A stretch of 63,989 nucleotides of DNA, filler included, from Catajapyx aquilonaris (lineage: Eukaryota): NCBI GenBank assembly GCA_000934665.2. It is 3 parts of 3 records of this genome, joined end to end, with 100 filler letters (N's around TTAATTAATTAA, not from the genome) between each part and the next. Parts side by side here need not be neighbours in the genome. Positions count along the whole stretch, not along the records: positions 43,480 to 63,989 come from KZ539501.1; 2 more parts are not named here. One strand, written 5' to 3'. Below, piece after piece: positions 51,413 through 63,989 of this stretch. A program made the translations under genes and the position numbers. How positions within the stretch are numbered: the first letter of the stretch is position 1; the number at the start of each line of letters is the position of its first letter. The notes under the pieces are model-generated. The model searched no databases, was not told where the DNA came from, and saw only the letters and a program-made list of their open reading frames with translations.

Positions 51413-52348
51413 CTAGAAGGTTTGAGACGGCTTTTCGGTCCCCGAAGTCATCCGCGAGTCGGTCGTGTCCATGGATTCACCCTTGGTGAAGATGGAGACC
51501 AGCCCTTCCAACAATGGCTTCTCCTGCAGCACCTTCAAGTCCCTCTGGAACATTTCCATCAGGCCTTTTGGGATCGGACTATCTGGAATGGCAAACATTT
51601 TCAGTTGGCTTGCACATTTTGTCCAGTTGGAATTCCTCCCTGACCTGTAGTGACCTTGATCCCAGACGGAAGCACCTCCTCCTTTCCATAGGTAAGCCCG
51701 ATGGTGACCCGGTGGTCCTTCCTGTTCTGTTCCTCGCACATTTCAGTCGTCACAAACACCTGGCACCTGTCCGGCGACGCCCTGAGAGGCCCGGACTGGA
51801 ACCTGGTGAAGTTGTTCTCTCGCCTGACCTCCTCGATCTGTCCTCCCCTCTGCACGAAGCTCCACACCAGCCTCCAAGCCTCCTGGACAAATCCAACCAA
51901 CCCTGCCTCCAGGTCTTCCCTCTGAAAACACCGCCGGTTCATGACTGGTAAATACCTCACCAGCAAGACGCAGTACCTGCAAGTGCGTCTGGGCCATGGC
52001 AGCCACGTCGGCAGAGTCAGGCATGTCGTACCCCTTGACCTTGAGCCTCCTCCCCCCATCGTCCTGTACCAAGTCCACGTAGAAGCTCTCCTTGTACTGC
52101 CCCTTGTAGGACGGCTGGAAGGTGGCCAGCACCCCCACCTGGTCCTCCGCAGACGGATCGCCACCTCCCTGTCCATCCCGGAAGATGAGCCGTGTTCCGG
52201 TCAGGTTCAGACAAGTGTTGAGCACGGCTTCAGGGGTGGACAGGCGGGCCAGCATGCGACGCCTGCCCAGCTCAATGTCCAGCGCAGTCTTCTCATCCAT
52301 CAAGCTGCACAGCTCCTTCACCAAAGCTCCACGACGTGCCTCGCTCAT
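51413..52348 (-). CDS. CENPO: Centromere protein O-like (CENP-O/Mcm21, double-RWD), ~272 aa
   Basis: Exons 52348-51977, 51921-51645, 51582-51413, phase-consistent. NLTG...GVLATFQPSYKGQYKESFYVDLV...LKVKGYDMP...AQTHLQ, GPLRAS, LTY...LPSGIKVT, EKPLLEGLVSIFTKGE follow the CENP-O motif order as I recall it; N-terminal coiled-coil-like segment. Confidence 0.7.
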
Positions 52349-52624
52349 TCCTGCGGATCAAACAATAATTTGAGCTGAAACACTGGATTTTCAGGCTCAG
52401 AATTTTGAAAAAAGTGGCAGTTACATCTGGTTACATCAACTTTTTAAGTGCACGACGCCTGCGACAGGCTCACTGTACTATTACCTGGCTCTACCCGGTC
52501 CTGTTCAACCTCAGAATTTCCTGGCAGTTTCCTCGCAAACGGATGGTAAAATCAGCTGCGAAGAGGCCAACAAAGGCAAGGTTTTTTCGCGCCAGGGAAT
52601 CAAACATGGCCGACTAAACCGGGG

Positions 52625-52739
52625 GAGCCGAATGAAGCGTAGCGGCTTGCTAACCTGCTTATTGAGTGCTGCCATCTGTGAGCCGAATGCTACGTAGCGG
52701 CTTGCTAACTGCTTACTGCGTGCTGCCATCTGTGAGCCG
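52625..52739. repeat. Tandem duplication of a ~54-bp unit upstream of the CENPO-like gene
   Basis: GAGCCGAATG....CGTAGCGGCTTGCTAAC(C)TGCTTA.TG.GTGCTGCCATCTGT occurs twice. Confidence 0.85.
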
Positions 52740-55700
52740 GAATCCCACTGGAGGCTACACCTGCGCCATCTGTGTCCAGGGAGGTGGAAAGTATATTATG
52801 GGAGATAGTAAATGGCGGATTGGACCACCCGGGCGGCCGTGTCTGCGCGTGTCCTCTGCTTCGTATTAATCCTTAGGACCGAGGGAGTGACCCTTGACCC
52901 CGGCGGACACCTGGACCGGAGGAGGAGACACGACGGGAATTAATCGGGGGGGTGTCTCTCTCTGGGGGTGGAGGGAGGAGGGCCACCACCGCCCAACACC
53001 ACACCCTCCTCTGAGGACTACAGAAGGCAGGTTGGTGCCAATGGTTGGCCTCGGGGCCGCCCCTGGTCTGGCCCGGACACGGGCGTCGACACCACGTGTG
53101 CTACGACCTGCACCGGCTCGCACGTGGTCGACGCACGTGCTCGGGAGATAACAGATTTAAAAAAAATGGTCGCTAATAAAATATTCGTCACATACTGGTG
53201 TTGGTGAAGTACATGCAATTCGTCTGATAAAAGGTGTAGTGACAAGCTGTCAGACACATGTAGGTCAGAGGAACATATGCAGCCTTGCTCTGTGGCAGGT
53301 GCCGCATGTTTATTGAGACTCTATTGGGTTCAGGTGGGTAGTAACCGGCCTCGTGTGACAGAGAGCAAGTGTGCGCGGCCCCATTGTCTCGTCGCAGTCA
53401 ATGCGAGTAGGCTGAAGGTGCGCTGACAGTGAGCTGGAGCCAAACTGACGGTCTACCCACTCTAATTGCAGGGAGAAGGAAAGGCCCCACTTATCGGAGG
53501 TACCTGGTTAATTGCGGTGAATATCGATTTGGCACTGCCAGGAAATCGGGTGCTAAACTGTCCCTATTGGAATCAAGCTATAGGTTCTGTGATAATTATT
53601 GAGCCGGGTGGTGATCAAAGTTTGCAATTCAGAATAATGTGTGAATTATATGAGCAACCAGTTTAGAGAGAAACAGTCGCAACAAATGAATGGGTCTTGA
53701 TTGTTGCTTCCATTTTTATCTGGTTACAGAAATACATTGAAAATCCATTACTGGAAGAAAAAAAAAAGTTTCTTAATAGGCCTATGTATAGATGAGTTTC
53801 CAAGAAGTACAGGAAGTGTTAATGAGGTCATTTGCACGACACTGAGGAAACTGCACCACTTAGATTCCTTCGCTTGGTGTTAATTCCTCCCATGTAAGTA
53901 TTATTCACTGCAGCAATACCGTCTGGTAATGATTAATAGAATTGTATGTAATGGGGGAGCCAGGTGGCAAGGCAGGCTATATCTTGTACCATTATCCAGT
54001 GCAATGTATTCCAAAGTATATACTTGGAATGCTGTTATTTTTAAGCATTGTTTGCCAACTTTTCAGTTATTTATGCCTATAGGTGCATGTTAGCTTGCGT
54101 AACAGCTTGCACTGTACAATGTATAGTTAATGAGGAAACCACACCACCGCTTTAGTTCAGGTAATGAGATAAAGGATCATTGCTACTCCAAGTTAAGATA
54201 CATACGTGCAACAGCTGGTTGTATTGTTGGAAGGTAAAATTGACAAATTTTGTAGTTCCTATAATATTATTGGTGGAAACATGCAATATCAGAATCAGGG
54301 ATGATGCCTGTAAGTGAGTGTAAACAAGTGGATATGCCCATATATAGCGATTGCACTCGGCTCTCTTTTAAAATGTTCCGATATGCGGATGTGTTGATCT
54401 GGCTTTTGAAAGTGTGCCAAGTACGTAAATGTGCATATGGCATACGTGTGCGAATACCGCGCGTGTGGCAATGGCATTTCGCACTTATCGAATTGAAGGC
54501 TTATTTCCTGATTCACGGACACGCCAACTGTTGTCCTGTCCATCGCAGTGAATCCGTGACCTGGCATATTAATGGGTCCTGATATATACAAGCGATTCAG
54601 GCCCAATGAAACGGACCCAACCTCATTGTTGTCAACGCATCGTAACTCATAACAACAACGGAACAAATGGGACCTGAAATGTGCCGTAATGTCGTTACGT
54701 CTTCATTATACGTGTGATGGAATTTATTTTCCATGAAAAATCCTAATCATTCCGGCACCTTTTTTTGAAGCTTAGGAAACTTCTGATGCGAACCATTTTT
54801 CCGAGTTTGTTTCCCTTCAATTTGTTTGTTTGAAAGCAAAAGGGTGACACCTTTCGTGCAGGAAGCCACGGTGCGATATGGCCACCTGGGTCAGTGACCA
54901 GCACACAAGAAGGCCTCCCAGCGTGTCCACTTCCTTCATTGTTTTGTGTGTGCCCCGCATTTTTTCCCCATTTCCTCCCCCGCAGTCACGTCACGTCTCA
55001 ACATTTTGGAGCGACCTGGTTTAGATTGTACCCAGGCTGCTGTGGTATAAAGCAATTTTGGATGCACAATGCGCTCATTCTCTCTGTGGCTTGGACTACA
55101 GGGTGTGTCGCAACTGATGACACCCGGCCGGGTCACGCGAGGTTTCGAAGGGGGAATTTTCCTTTCAAATAATTACGACACGTTTTTGAGGAAGTTACGC
55201 TTCATATCGCACACTTTACGATAAGCACGGTGCCCTGGAAGGAAAGACTTTTCCTTCGTAACCTTGCGGCCACAACATTTCCGGTGCATGCTCGGTTGGA
55301 AAGTTAACAACATTCGCCGCCCAATCAGTGCGGATTGTAAGTACGGGTGATTTGACAATTTCATATTCTGATAACGCATGAAATATGCTGTTGGTACCTG
55401 CTGAATTCCGAGCATCGGTACTGCAGCAAAATTTCCATAAGCTGGTGTGTCATGCCCACCTCTATATACCTCCACATGTATAATTAAATGCGAAAGTAAA
55501 TGATTGCAATCAAACTTGAAGCAGTTGAGGTAGGAAGCCGGAAACGTTTTGCATATTTAAAATAGGCGTATTGACTAAAGTCCCTCCGCGTGTAATCGAT
55601 GGTACAGCGCCAGGCAAAAATAACATTTCTACTTCTTCCATTTCCATGCACAGCACAAACGACCTGCAGTTCTCTTTTGCCAGCACATTTTCTGCGCAGT

Positions 55701-55770
55701 TATGGCCTAACAAGATCTCTCTACCCCTCTGATGTTGTACTTGCCTAGTTCCCCCCCCCCCCCCCCCCCC

Positions 55771-55799
55771 NNNNNNNNNNNNNNNNNNNNNNNNNNNNN
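55771..55799. other. Assembly gap between homopolymer runs
   Basis: N run flanked by poly-C and poly-T. Confidence 0.95.
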
Positions 55800-56763
55800 T
55801 TTTTTTTTTTTTTTGCAACCTGCTGAATCCACCTGTCAAGTGCGGTTTTACCTGCAGCCCTTTTCAGCTCCAGGCAGATCAATGCAGATTCTCCGCTGGT
55901 TTGTCCCTCCCTTCCACTAATGCAGCCTACACAAACTGCGCCTTATTCAATTACCCTTCTAAATGTGTACCTCTCAGCGCACTTGCTCAAGTGCTGGAGT
56001 TTCAGTATATACTCCTGAGAGGTGCACATTTTCCGTCGCACATAACAGAAACCTGTTGAGGAAGATATACAGTCCCACTTCAAAAAACAATGCAGTCCAC
56101 GACCCACAAATCGTGATAGGAATTTCATTAGACATCTTCGACTAAAAGTTTCTGTACATTTTCCAGGAATATCTTGAACTTTGTTAGACTTGTTCTCATC
56201 GGAAAAAAGTATGTCTGTCTGTGGACAGGTATCAGGGCCTAAACCGCAAGAGATAGCGACAAACTGTTTTCAGATTCGGATTCAGCATGACCCCAATAGG
56301 TGTCATTGCCAACTTCCGGTGACTGGCCACTTCCGGTTTTCCGGGTTCACTCTATTGCTTGACAACGGGAAATGAGAATGACAACATTTAGAATCGCATC
56401 GTGGCACATCGCTCACAAATCTAACAATTTCATTTCCCAAGTGCTGCCTAATGAGAAAGAGTCTACTCGAATCACGCTCTTGTTTTTAAATCGTGCGCGA
56501 TTCGCCCGTAATTTTGAGCGCGTGATTTAAATCCTGCCAGCCAGAGTCCTCGTGGAATGATTCCTCATCGGGTCAGACTGTCTCCTGGAATGACCCTCGT
56601 TGGATGAGACCCCCAGTGGATGTGATGGGACGTCCTCATTAGTATCGGGCTGGGAGAGTGTCCGGATCTCTCCAGGCAAGGGCTTGTGCGCAAATTTGGG
56701 AGTGGAGTGGAGGGTAGGGGGGTGGAAGGGAGGGTTTTAGTTCCAACCCCTGGCAACCAATGG

Positions 56764-56800
56764 NNNNNNNNNNNNNNNNNNNNNNNNNNNNNNNNNNNNN
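56764..56800. other. Assembly gap
   Basis: N run adjacent to poly-C. Confidence 0.95.
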
Positions 56801-59800
56801 CCCCCCCCCCCCCCCATCCGACCCCCTCGACCTGATGCCTGGATTGAACTCTCTCTCGGCGTAGTTGAGGTGCACCAACCAACCAGACAACCCCTATAGT
56901 CTCCTCACATAACCAGTCGTCCATACCCACATTTAAAACCCGCCGATTTTCGACCTTGTGTCTGTGCCAGAAAGTGCGTCAAAGTGCGTGACGCGTGCCC
57001 AAGGCCGGAGTGCGTTCGCCTCTCTCACGCAGGCCAAGGTGAAGGTCACGGGAGGCACGTCTATTATGCGTGACCTTCAGGCCAGGTGAGGGGCATGGCC
57101 GGGGAACCCAGGCCGAGATAAGGACACTTAACCGGAGGGTTAGGAAGTCCGACAGTGGTTGGCTTTACAGGGACTCGGCTTAACTGACAGTTAGTTAACC
57201 GCGACCTGATTCAGCAGTGTTGATGACGGCTGGTCGAGAGCGTTTAAATCCACAGTTTAAATCGACATATTAATCTCTAACGTAAACTAAACGATGAGTT
57301 AAGTTGGCATGTGGTTGTGGCCAGAATGTTCTCTGTTAATCACTTATTTTAAAAGGTACTTTGCTTATTTTTAACTGGCCGTTAATACCTGACCGTATAG
57401 GAGAATGCCATTATAAACAGGACTAATTGCCATTCGATTTTGATGGCCATTTGCAAGGATGTAGACCGTTGGAAATCTGGGCGATAGACGCACGTGACCG
57501 TACGTAAAACATGTAATACCAGCTGTCAGCCAATAACAAGGCAGCTGTCATGGGGGTTTGTGTTTGCACGTGTCACCTTTGACATGTCCATGTTTTGCAA
57601 TGCGCGGTTACCTAACTCCCCCATATATATGTACCTGCTGCTTCAAAAGTAAATCAAAAGCCAACCATTTGCGAATCACTTCCTGTCTGCCATTTCTTGC
57701 CAATATACTTTTTGCCTGCTGCGGAGGTCGCATGATGATGCCTGACCGCCCTATTTTTATTCCGTAGATCAGCACCGGATGTGATGATTTCATCTCGGAC
57801 CAGCGGAGGCTGAGTGAGTGACTTCTAGTCTGCAGGTCAGTATACACTTGCTGGTCATCACAACTGAGTCAGCCAATCGTGACGTGGATTTGTTTGCTCT
57901 GCGCTTCAAATAACCCCCTACAAGGTTGTTTCATCACGATTGAGGCAAACTTTATTGGGAACTCTTTTTGGGTTCAAATGTGGAGATATAACTTGCGGAT
58001 CACCGCGATTTCATTACGGATATCATTTCAGTTTGCAACAATTAAGAAGCCACGTCCATTGTCGAGATTATCCGGGATGCTGGAGTGAACAATCCATAAC
58101 TTATTACCATGTCCCTTGGCCAGTGCATTACTGCATCATGCATGCAGCACAAAAGGGAATGTAAATTATACTTGTAATTATATGTGTACATGGCGACCTT
58201 GGAAGAACGGTGTTAACTGCTCCGTTTAATATCTCTTAATTAGAAATTAATTGGTGGTGCGTGACCTGGGGGCTATTGGCTCTAATTCCGAGCCGGTGAT
58301 TGGCAGTGAAGAGGTGGCCTCCATCTGATTGGAGAGGGGCTTGCTTGATTCACGGTCATCCGTATTTATTTTTAAACGCGCAATTAAACTGTAAACGCAA
58401 TTAGAAGGTGCTCCGATGGCTCCTGGTCTTTTGCCTCTAGACAATCCTTCAGGCATGACCAATTAATCATTTATAATGAGTTAATTAGATTCTAAACATG
58501 ATCTATCAGTATACAGAGGAATTGCACTGATGAAATTATGGAGAATTCAGGGATTCCAGGAATTTATTGTTGTTAGACTTACTGTCACGCAGTGCTAATA
58601 TTTCCATAATGAACTTAATTTAATAAATTCGATGTTTAAATGTAAATATGAGCTGAAATTTCTGTTATATTGAAAGTAACCGTTTCTTCCTATTTGGTGC
58701 ATGTATATTGTGGAAAAATCGAAGGGACAATAGTAGCAAATTGCATAAGGCGATGCGTAACCTTGCATTGTTGTGTGAATCCTGTTCCATAAGCATTTCC
58801 AGAACTGTCACATTTCACCCATCATATAACCTTTCCCGTAACATCATGTTCCTGATTTGCCTATATATAAATCAACCAGGAAGAGAATTGCCCCACAGGC
58901 TTCCCCTAATGTTTGAATCTGTTGTCAGCCATTTCCGTAGTACCCCGACTATTGTGGAGTATGGTTGAACACCAAAGTGCGAGGATGGGGGCCTATAAGA
59001 AGCTGGCGATGGCCCGTTCAGTTCAGGGCTCCCAGCAGGCGAAGTGCGTGGTAATGGAGGCCTGGAGATAAGCCCCGAGCGAGTCATCCAGGATTGGAGG
59101 AGTTCTTCTTCACCCCCCCCCCCCCCCCATTTGTGGATGGGGAGGAGGAAGAAGCTTCCCCAAGTCAGGGTTGAAAACCGGATTAAAACCCGTAGAGAGA
59201 AGAGAGAAGAGGGCATCCATAGGCGACGCTAATCCTGCCTGGAACTGATTTTTATTGGACCTCTCCAGCTTCTCTCTCTCTCTCTCTCATCTCAAAAGAG
59301 AGAGCAAAGGAAAATGGGAGAAGCTGCGTCTGGCAACCTGAGAGACCCTCGAGTGTGTGTGTATATACAGTGCAGCTGCATCTGGCAATCGCTTTCCAGC
59401 AGCTCCGTGCAGTTGCCCAGCCTGGAAAAAGGCAAAGGAACAATAATCCGGATGATGCGAGAAGTTTTCCTAACAACCTGCCGACTACGGTCCTTAGCAA
59501 TGTAATCACCGCATCAAATGTGCTGGACGGAAAGGAAATTGGCCAATTCTCTCTCTCAGAAGAGTAATTTTTGATTCATTTGGGAAACGTCACCAACAAG
59601 AGTAGAGCAGCGCCGACTCGCCAATTTCTGCTCTTAATTTGATGATTTTTATATTATGATTTTTGAGTCGTGAAAGGCCATGGAGTGACTCCACTGGTGG
59701 TGAAGGGCCTGGAATTTGGCAGCACTGACTGAAGGCACTTAGGTACCGTTTAGAGTCGGTACCCGGTGCCCACCTCCGGCAGCCTTTCAACTGGAGGAAA

Positions 59801-62566
59801 TGAAGTGGCGGCCACTTTTGTGTGTACCGGCTGCTGATTTATTCACAGGCGTGTAACGACCCTCTGTCTTGCTTGTATATACATCTGGCAGCTCTTGATT
59901 GGCCCCTACAAAAGGGAAGGGCAATAATTCCTTGCCCGGCTTTATTTCCAGCACTAATTGCAATTTACGGGGAGGAGGCTGCCAACCTGCCCGAGAGTGC
60001 CGCTGCTTTTAGGTCCTGTGCACAACACGAGTGCTGCTAAACTGGATGTAATTGGCAGTGACAAGCCTGCTCTTGGTATATGTGTACCACCAGCAGGAGG
60101 AAGAGGGAAATGTGTATACCAGCAATCACAGCAAAGTGCTGGCGTTATATTTCAGCAGTTGTGTCGAGTCGAGACTTTGCACATTTTAACACACGGAGTT
60201 TGGCGGAACGAGCACTCAAAGTGCCTGCACTACCTGGTATAATGGCCGCAAACGGGGGCATGGACTGGAACGGTTCGGGCCTGTCCCTATAACACAAGTT
60301 GTCCCAAAAAAGGCCAGGAAACGCACGCGCCATGAGAATATTGCAAGATGTGAAATAAACCCTATGTATATACGAACAGGCATTGCCAGATGGTCAATTT
60401 GCAACTTCAAGTTGGTACCTATGTCAACATCAGGGGTTCCATCTTGGGTCATACGAGGTCGAAGTGCGTCGCATTCTGTCGGCCATGTACCCCCCCAAAC
60501 CTTATTACTCGGTTGTTGTACTGCACTGTACCACATGATTGTTCAATACCCCCTCTCTTTTTTTTTGCCATCATTTATACTGCGAAGTTGGTTGAATAGT
60601 TGCCAGATGCAGTGGTCGCAATGCCAGTGGAGCCAATCAGCTGGCCATTGCCGTCGCACAGGGTGGCCCGAATGTGCCCAAAGTCCCTTGGGATTTGGCT
60701 GTTTTTCATCATGGTGCGGAGAAGCGCTCTAGAATCAACAATTCATGGGCACTTTACATGCAGATTTGAATATGATTTCAGAATCATTGCGACATTGGCG
60801 CAAATTTTGCTCCTTGGTGAACTGGAGGAGGTGCAGCTATATAGGGCCATTTGTGAGCAGCGAAAATGGAGCATCAGGACTCAGGAGCAAACCAACTGTT
60901 TCAATATGAGAGATTTCCTTCACCTCTCCCCGAGGTCGAACCGTGTTCCTCGTTTTGTGTTCACGTGCAGAAGACGCATGTGGCAGGGCTGGCCCTCATG
61001 TTAAACCCCTTGCTTTTGCCTGCCCCTACCTCCAGCCCCCCACACACACATCCTCTCCACCCCTCACAACAAAACCTCAAAATCGATACAAGTCTGCGGA
61101 CGGGCCCATTTGAGAGAGAGAGAGAGAGAGGTGGAAGGGGGGGCAGGGGGAAGGGAGTGGGGGGATTCCCCGCAACCTCAACTGACGGTTGGCAACGCAC
61201 ACGGGGATACAAATACCAAGATTTCAAGCTGGGTTCGCACGGGAAATGTTTTTTTGGGGGGGGGTTGTTGTGGTTGGAAAGCACCAATCAGGTGGGCTTG
61301 TCCTTGTCGATCTGCGGTCAGTGGATATAGGAGGGGTTATTCACTCCAGTATTGCTTACATTCACTCCTCATTGTGCCCTTTGGAATCCTCCCATTGGGC
61401 TACAACTCTAGGGAATGTACGAACAACAACAGCGACCCAACGACAACCGCAGCATGAATCCAGATTTTACTCTATAGTGACTATCTCCTTTTGCTTCCAT
61501 GAAAACTAATACGCATTTCCTGGAAGCGCAATTGAACCCAATTGCGGCCTACGCTTTGTTCTGAGCCGAACAACAAACTTGGGACGTCCTTGGGCTTGGG
61601 TCACTGGCCCTGCCCCAGGTGACCGAGCATTTGTGTTGGATATGGCTGCTATTGTTGGCTATTCTGGATCTGATTAGCATCGGGATATTATTATCAAATG
61701 CGCAATTGCGTGTGCACAGTGCACGTATGACGAAGCAGCACGTCGAGAACAAAGATGCCGAGTTGGAGGACATTGTTGGGTGGTGCACTGCTGTATATAG
61801 TCCACAGTCCAAAAGGGGGGAGGAAATGTGAAGTTATGGATTACTCACCCTGCTGGGAGCAACTAGTGGTCGCCCATAAAGTATACGTCACGCTGACTTT
61901 TGTACTTTTTGACCCTACCCCCCATGTCACGCACAGTCACTTTGGGAGCTCCCACCCCCTGACTACTTATTCTTCTCTCATCCACAAAAATTGACCTGAA
62001 CTCGCCTCGAAATTATCGGCAACCTTTGCTCTAATTACTATTGGGTCGAACTTGTCCCTCTTGTAGTTTTAATTGGTCTTTACATTCGTAACTAAGTGCC
62101 TCGGATATTTGTAGTTATACTGGAGTAAACAATCCCCATTTCGGCACTGTGTACTTGTACTATTGTTAGTACCAAACCCGACAGGTATGCCACCTGGAAA
62201 CGTGCAGGAGTCCGGTGCATATAGCCTAAACCGGATGACACGACCGCGTCTTTAAGAGTGCGAAACGGCCTATTGTTGCAGCGTATAGTGTGCAATTGAA
62301 AAGTGAAACCCCCTCCACGAGCCCTTATATTTCCTGCTCGTGGGGGTCAATCATTTACGTCCCGAGACTCTTAAGATGGCCGATAAGTCACACGCCATTT
62401 ACGGCTTCGTTTTTATGGCGACTACTATACGCGACGATTGCGGATGTCTTTTGTTCCCTGCACGTGCCCGCCTCCCATTGGCTGGACTTATACTTGATTC
62501 TTTTCTTTTCTCTCTAATGTTTCGCAGCGAATGCAGCCTTTGTGAGCAGTTTGTTCGGGACCCAAG

Positions 62567-62658
62567 ATGGCGGCGCCGCACATGTCCGGGACGCATTCCA
62601 GGCACCGCTCGCTACGGGACAGGCTCCGGGAAGGAATCTCCGGAAGCTTCGGATGGCA
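62567..62658 (+). CDS. Probable first coding exon of an unidentified gene continuing beyond the window
   Basis: CCAAGATGGCGGCG (YY1/Kozak-like start), open frame MAAPHMSGTHSRHRSLRDRLREGISGSFGW, consensus donor CA|GTGAGT. Confidence 0.6.
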
Positions 62659-63989
62659 GTGAGTCTTCTTTGGCTGCTGGGTTGTCTTTTTTTGGTTGGG
62701 TACATAGGGGCTTTGGGTCACGTGTTGCGGCTTATACTCAACAGTGCGTTTTCCTTGCTCTGTTTATCTCATTTTCGCACAAAGCTGCAATTATTTTTTG
62801 GTAAAATGTATAATTGCGTAAATGAGAGAAGGCAAGGAGAACGGACCCCCCCGAGGAGTCGCTGTAGTCCGTCACTGCTTTGACCTGTCCTGCATCATGA
62901 TGGGGGTGCTGACAGCCTCCGATATGACCAAAGAGGGTGACAGTGACACGCGGCTATAATAGAAAGAGCGCTTGTTCTCCCCCCATTGGCATGCTAATGG
63001 CCATTGTGTTATGTGCCTGGGCATAATGGTTTGGCGTCCGACTCCCCATTTGCCTCTTGATTGTTGCGGGTCTAAGTTGGCAACGCAGCTGCGGGGGGGG
63101 CTGGTTGTTTGTGTATTCCGCCTGTGACGTCGGCATGTAGACGGTAGGGGTCTAACTAGTGCATATACATACATATTGGTGGCGTCTCCACCTCCAGTCT
63201 GTGTGCGGTGTGTATAGCCACTCTCAGCTGATAGCTGCTGCTAAGGTGGCCTGATTTATCTGAACCGGGAAAAGTTGCACTTTTTTGTGGTTGTTGACTC
63301 AACTGGCGTAATCGGACAGGAAGCGGCTTGGAGGCGTCGGTCGTCGTCGTCTCCTGCAGCACAGGTTGGGGAGCTGCATTGTTGTCCGGTTGGCCTGGGT
63401 GGTCCAGTGTGTGTGTGTTGCGAATGGGGGCGTGAGTGTGGATGTGTGCTGCAGCCGGTCAGTGTAATAGTATCGTCACGTTGTAATCGGATGCAATTTG
63501 CAGGGACATTGCAAGTAGGCCGGCCTGTGCATGCACGAGGTGATGAAATAGTCGGAGCGGAACATGATGATTTATGCATTGTCGGCAGTACAGTTGGTGC
63601 ACGTTGCATGCAGGGGATGTGAGCCGAAAGATCCGGTTGCTGGTACAGGGTGAGGCTGTGTTGTTTGGAACTATAATGTAGGCCAGTCAGCTTAACTATT
63701 ATAATAATAACTCACGTTTAGCAGCATGGAGCGTGTATCAGGTGCATGAACATTATGCAGTAGGCTACTCTGAATGACATCAGCACTCGGGCAATTTATT
63801 GTAGAAAACAATCTCCACTAAAACGTGTGACGTTTCGAGGGGGAAAAATCATGCAGTGTTCATTTTCTCATCCCAACCAGAACGGGGCCAATTCATGGAA
63901 CAGCTGATTGTAAAGAGGAAGTGTAGCTTTTATCACCAGCACGCTTTCCTTGTTCATATATTTTTGCCTATATAACATTGACGAGATTT

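Noticed and set aside
57780..57867. GTGATGA...CTGA box C/D-like pattern within an imperfect hairpin
   Set aside because: The C box is paired within the stem rather than forming a kink-turn with box D, and I recognise no rRNA guide or host gene
53200..62500. ORFs in the downstream non-coding region
   Set aside because: No motifs or splice-consistent exons found; looks like intronic or intergenic DNA with simple repeats

Overview
Eukaryotic genomic DNA from an invertebrate animal, most likely an arthropod. The evidence is GT-AG introns (many 55-65 nt), YY1/DRE/TCT-like promoter motifs, and Tc1/mariner, Helitron and MITE relics. About 26.9 kb at the start has no recognisable coding sequence. 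A compact cluster at 26.9-52.4 kb holds eight intron-containing genes that I reconstructed exon by exon with consistent splice phases: a Gal/GlcNAc-6-O-type carbohydrate sulfotransferase (+), EIPR1/TSSC1 (-), TRAPPC12 (+), LTV1 (-), RPS20/uS10 (+), a MICOS MIC26/MIC27 (APOO-family) gene (-), ADHFE1 (+) and a divergent CENP-O-like gene (-). The last ~11 kb is largely non-coding apart from a probable first coding exon of an unidentified + strand gene at 62567. Two 100-bp scaffold gaps contain an artificial TTAATTAATTAA linker. The most interesting signals are a structured candidate poison exon in RPS20 intron 1, an alternative acceptor that could give MIC26-like and MIC27-like isoforms from one gene, an EIPR1/TRAPPC12 head-to-head pair as in human, a 75-bp bidirectional promoter with inverted YY1 sites between two mitochondrial genes, and a transposon-derived fold-back next to the TRAPPC12 splice acceptor. 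All homology calls rest on motif recognition by eye; no searches were run.
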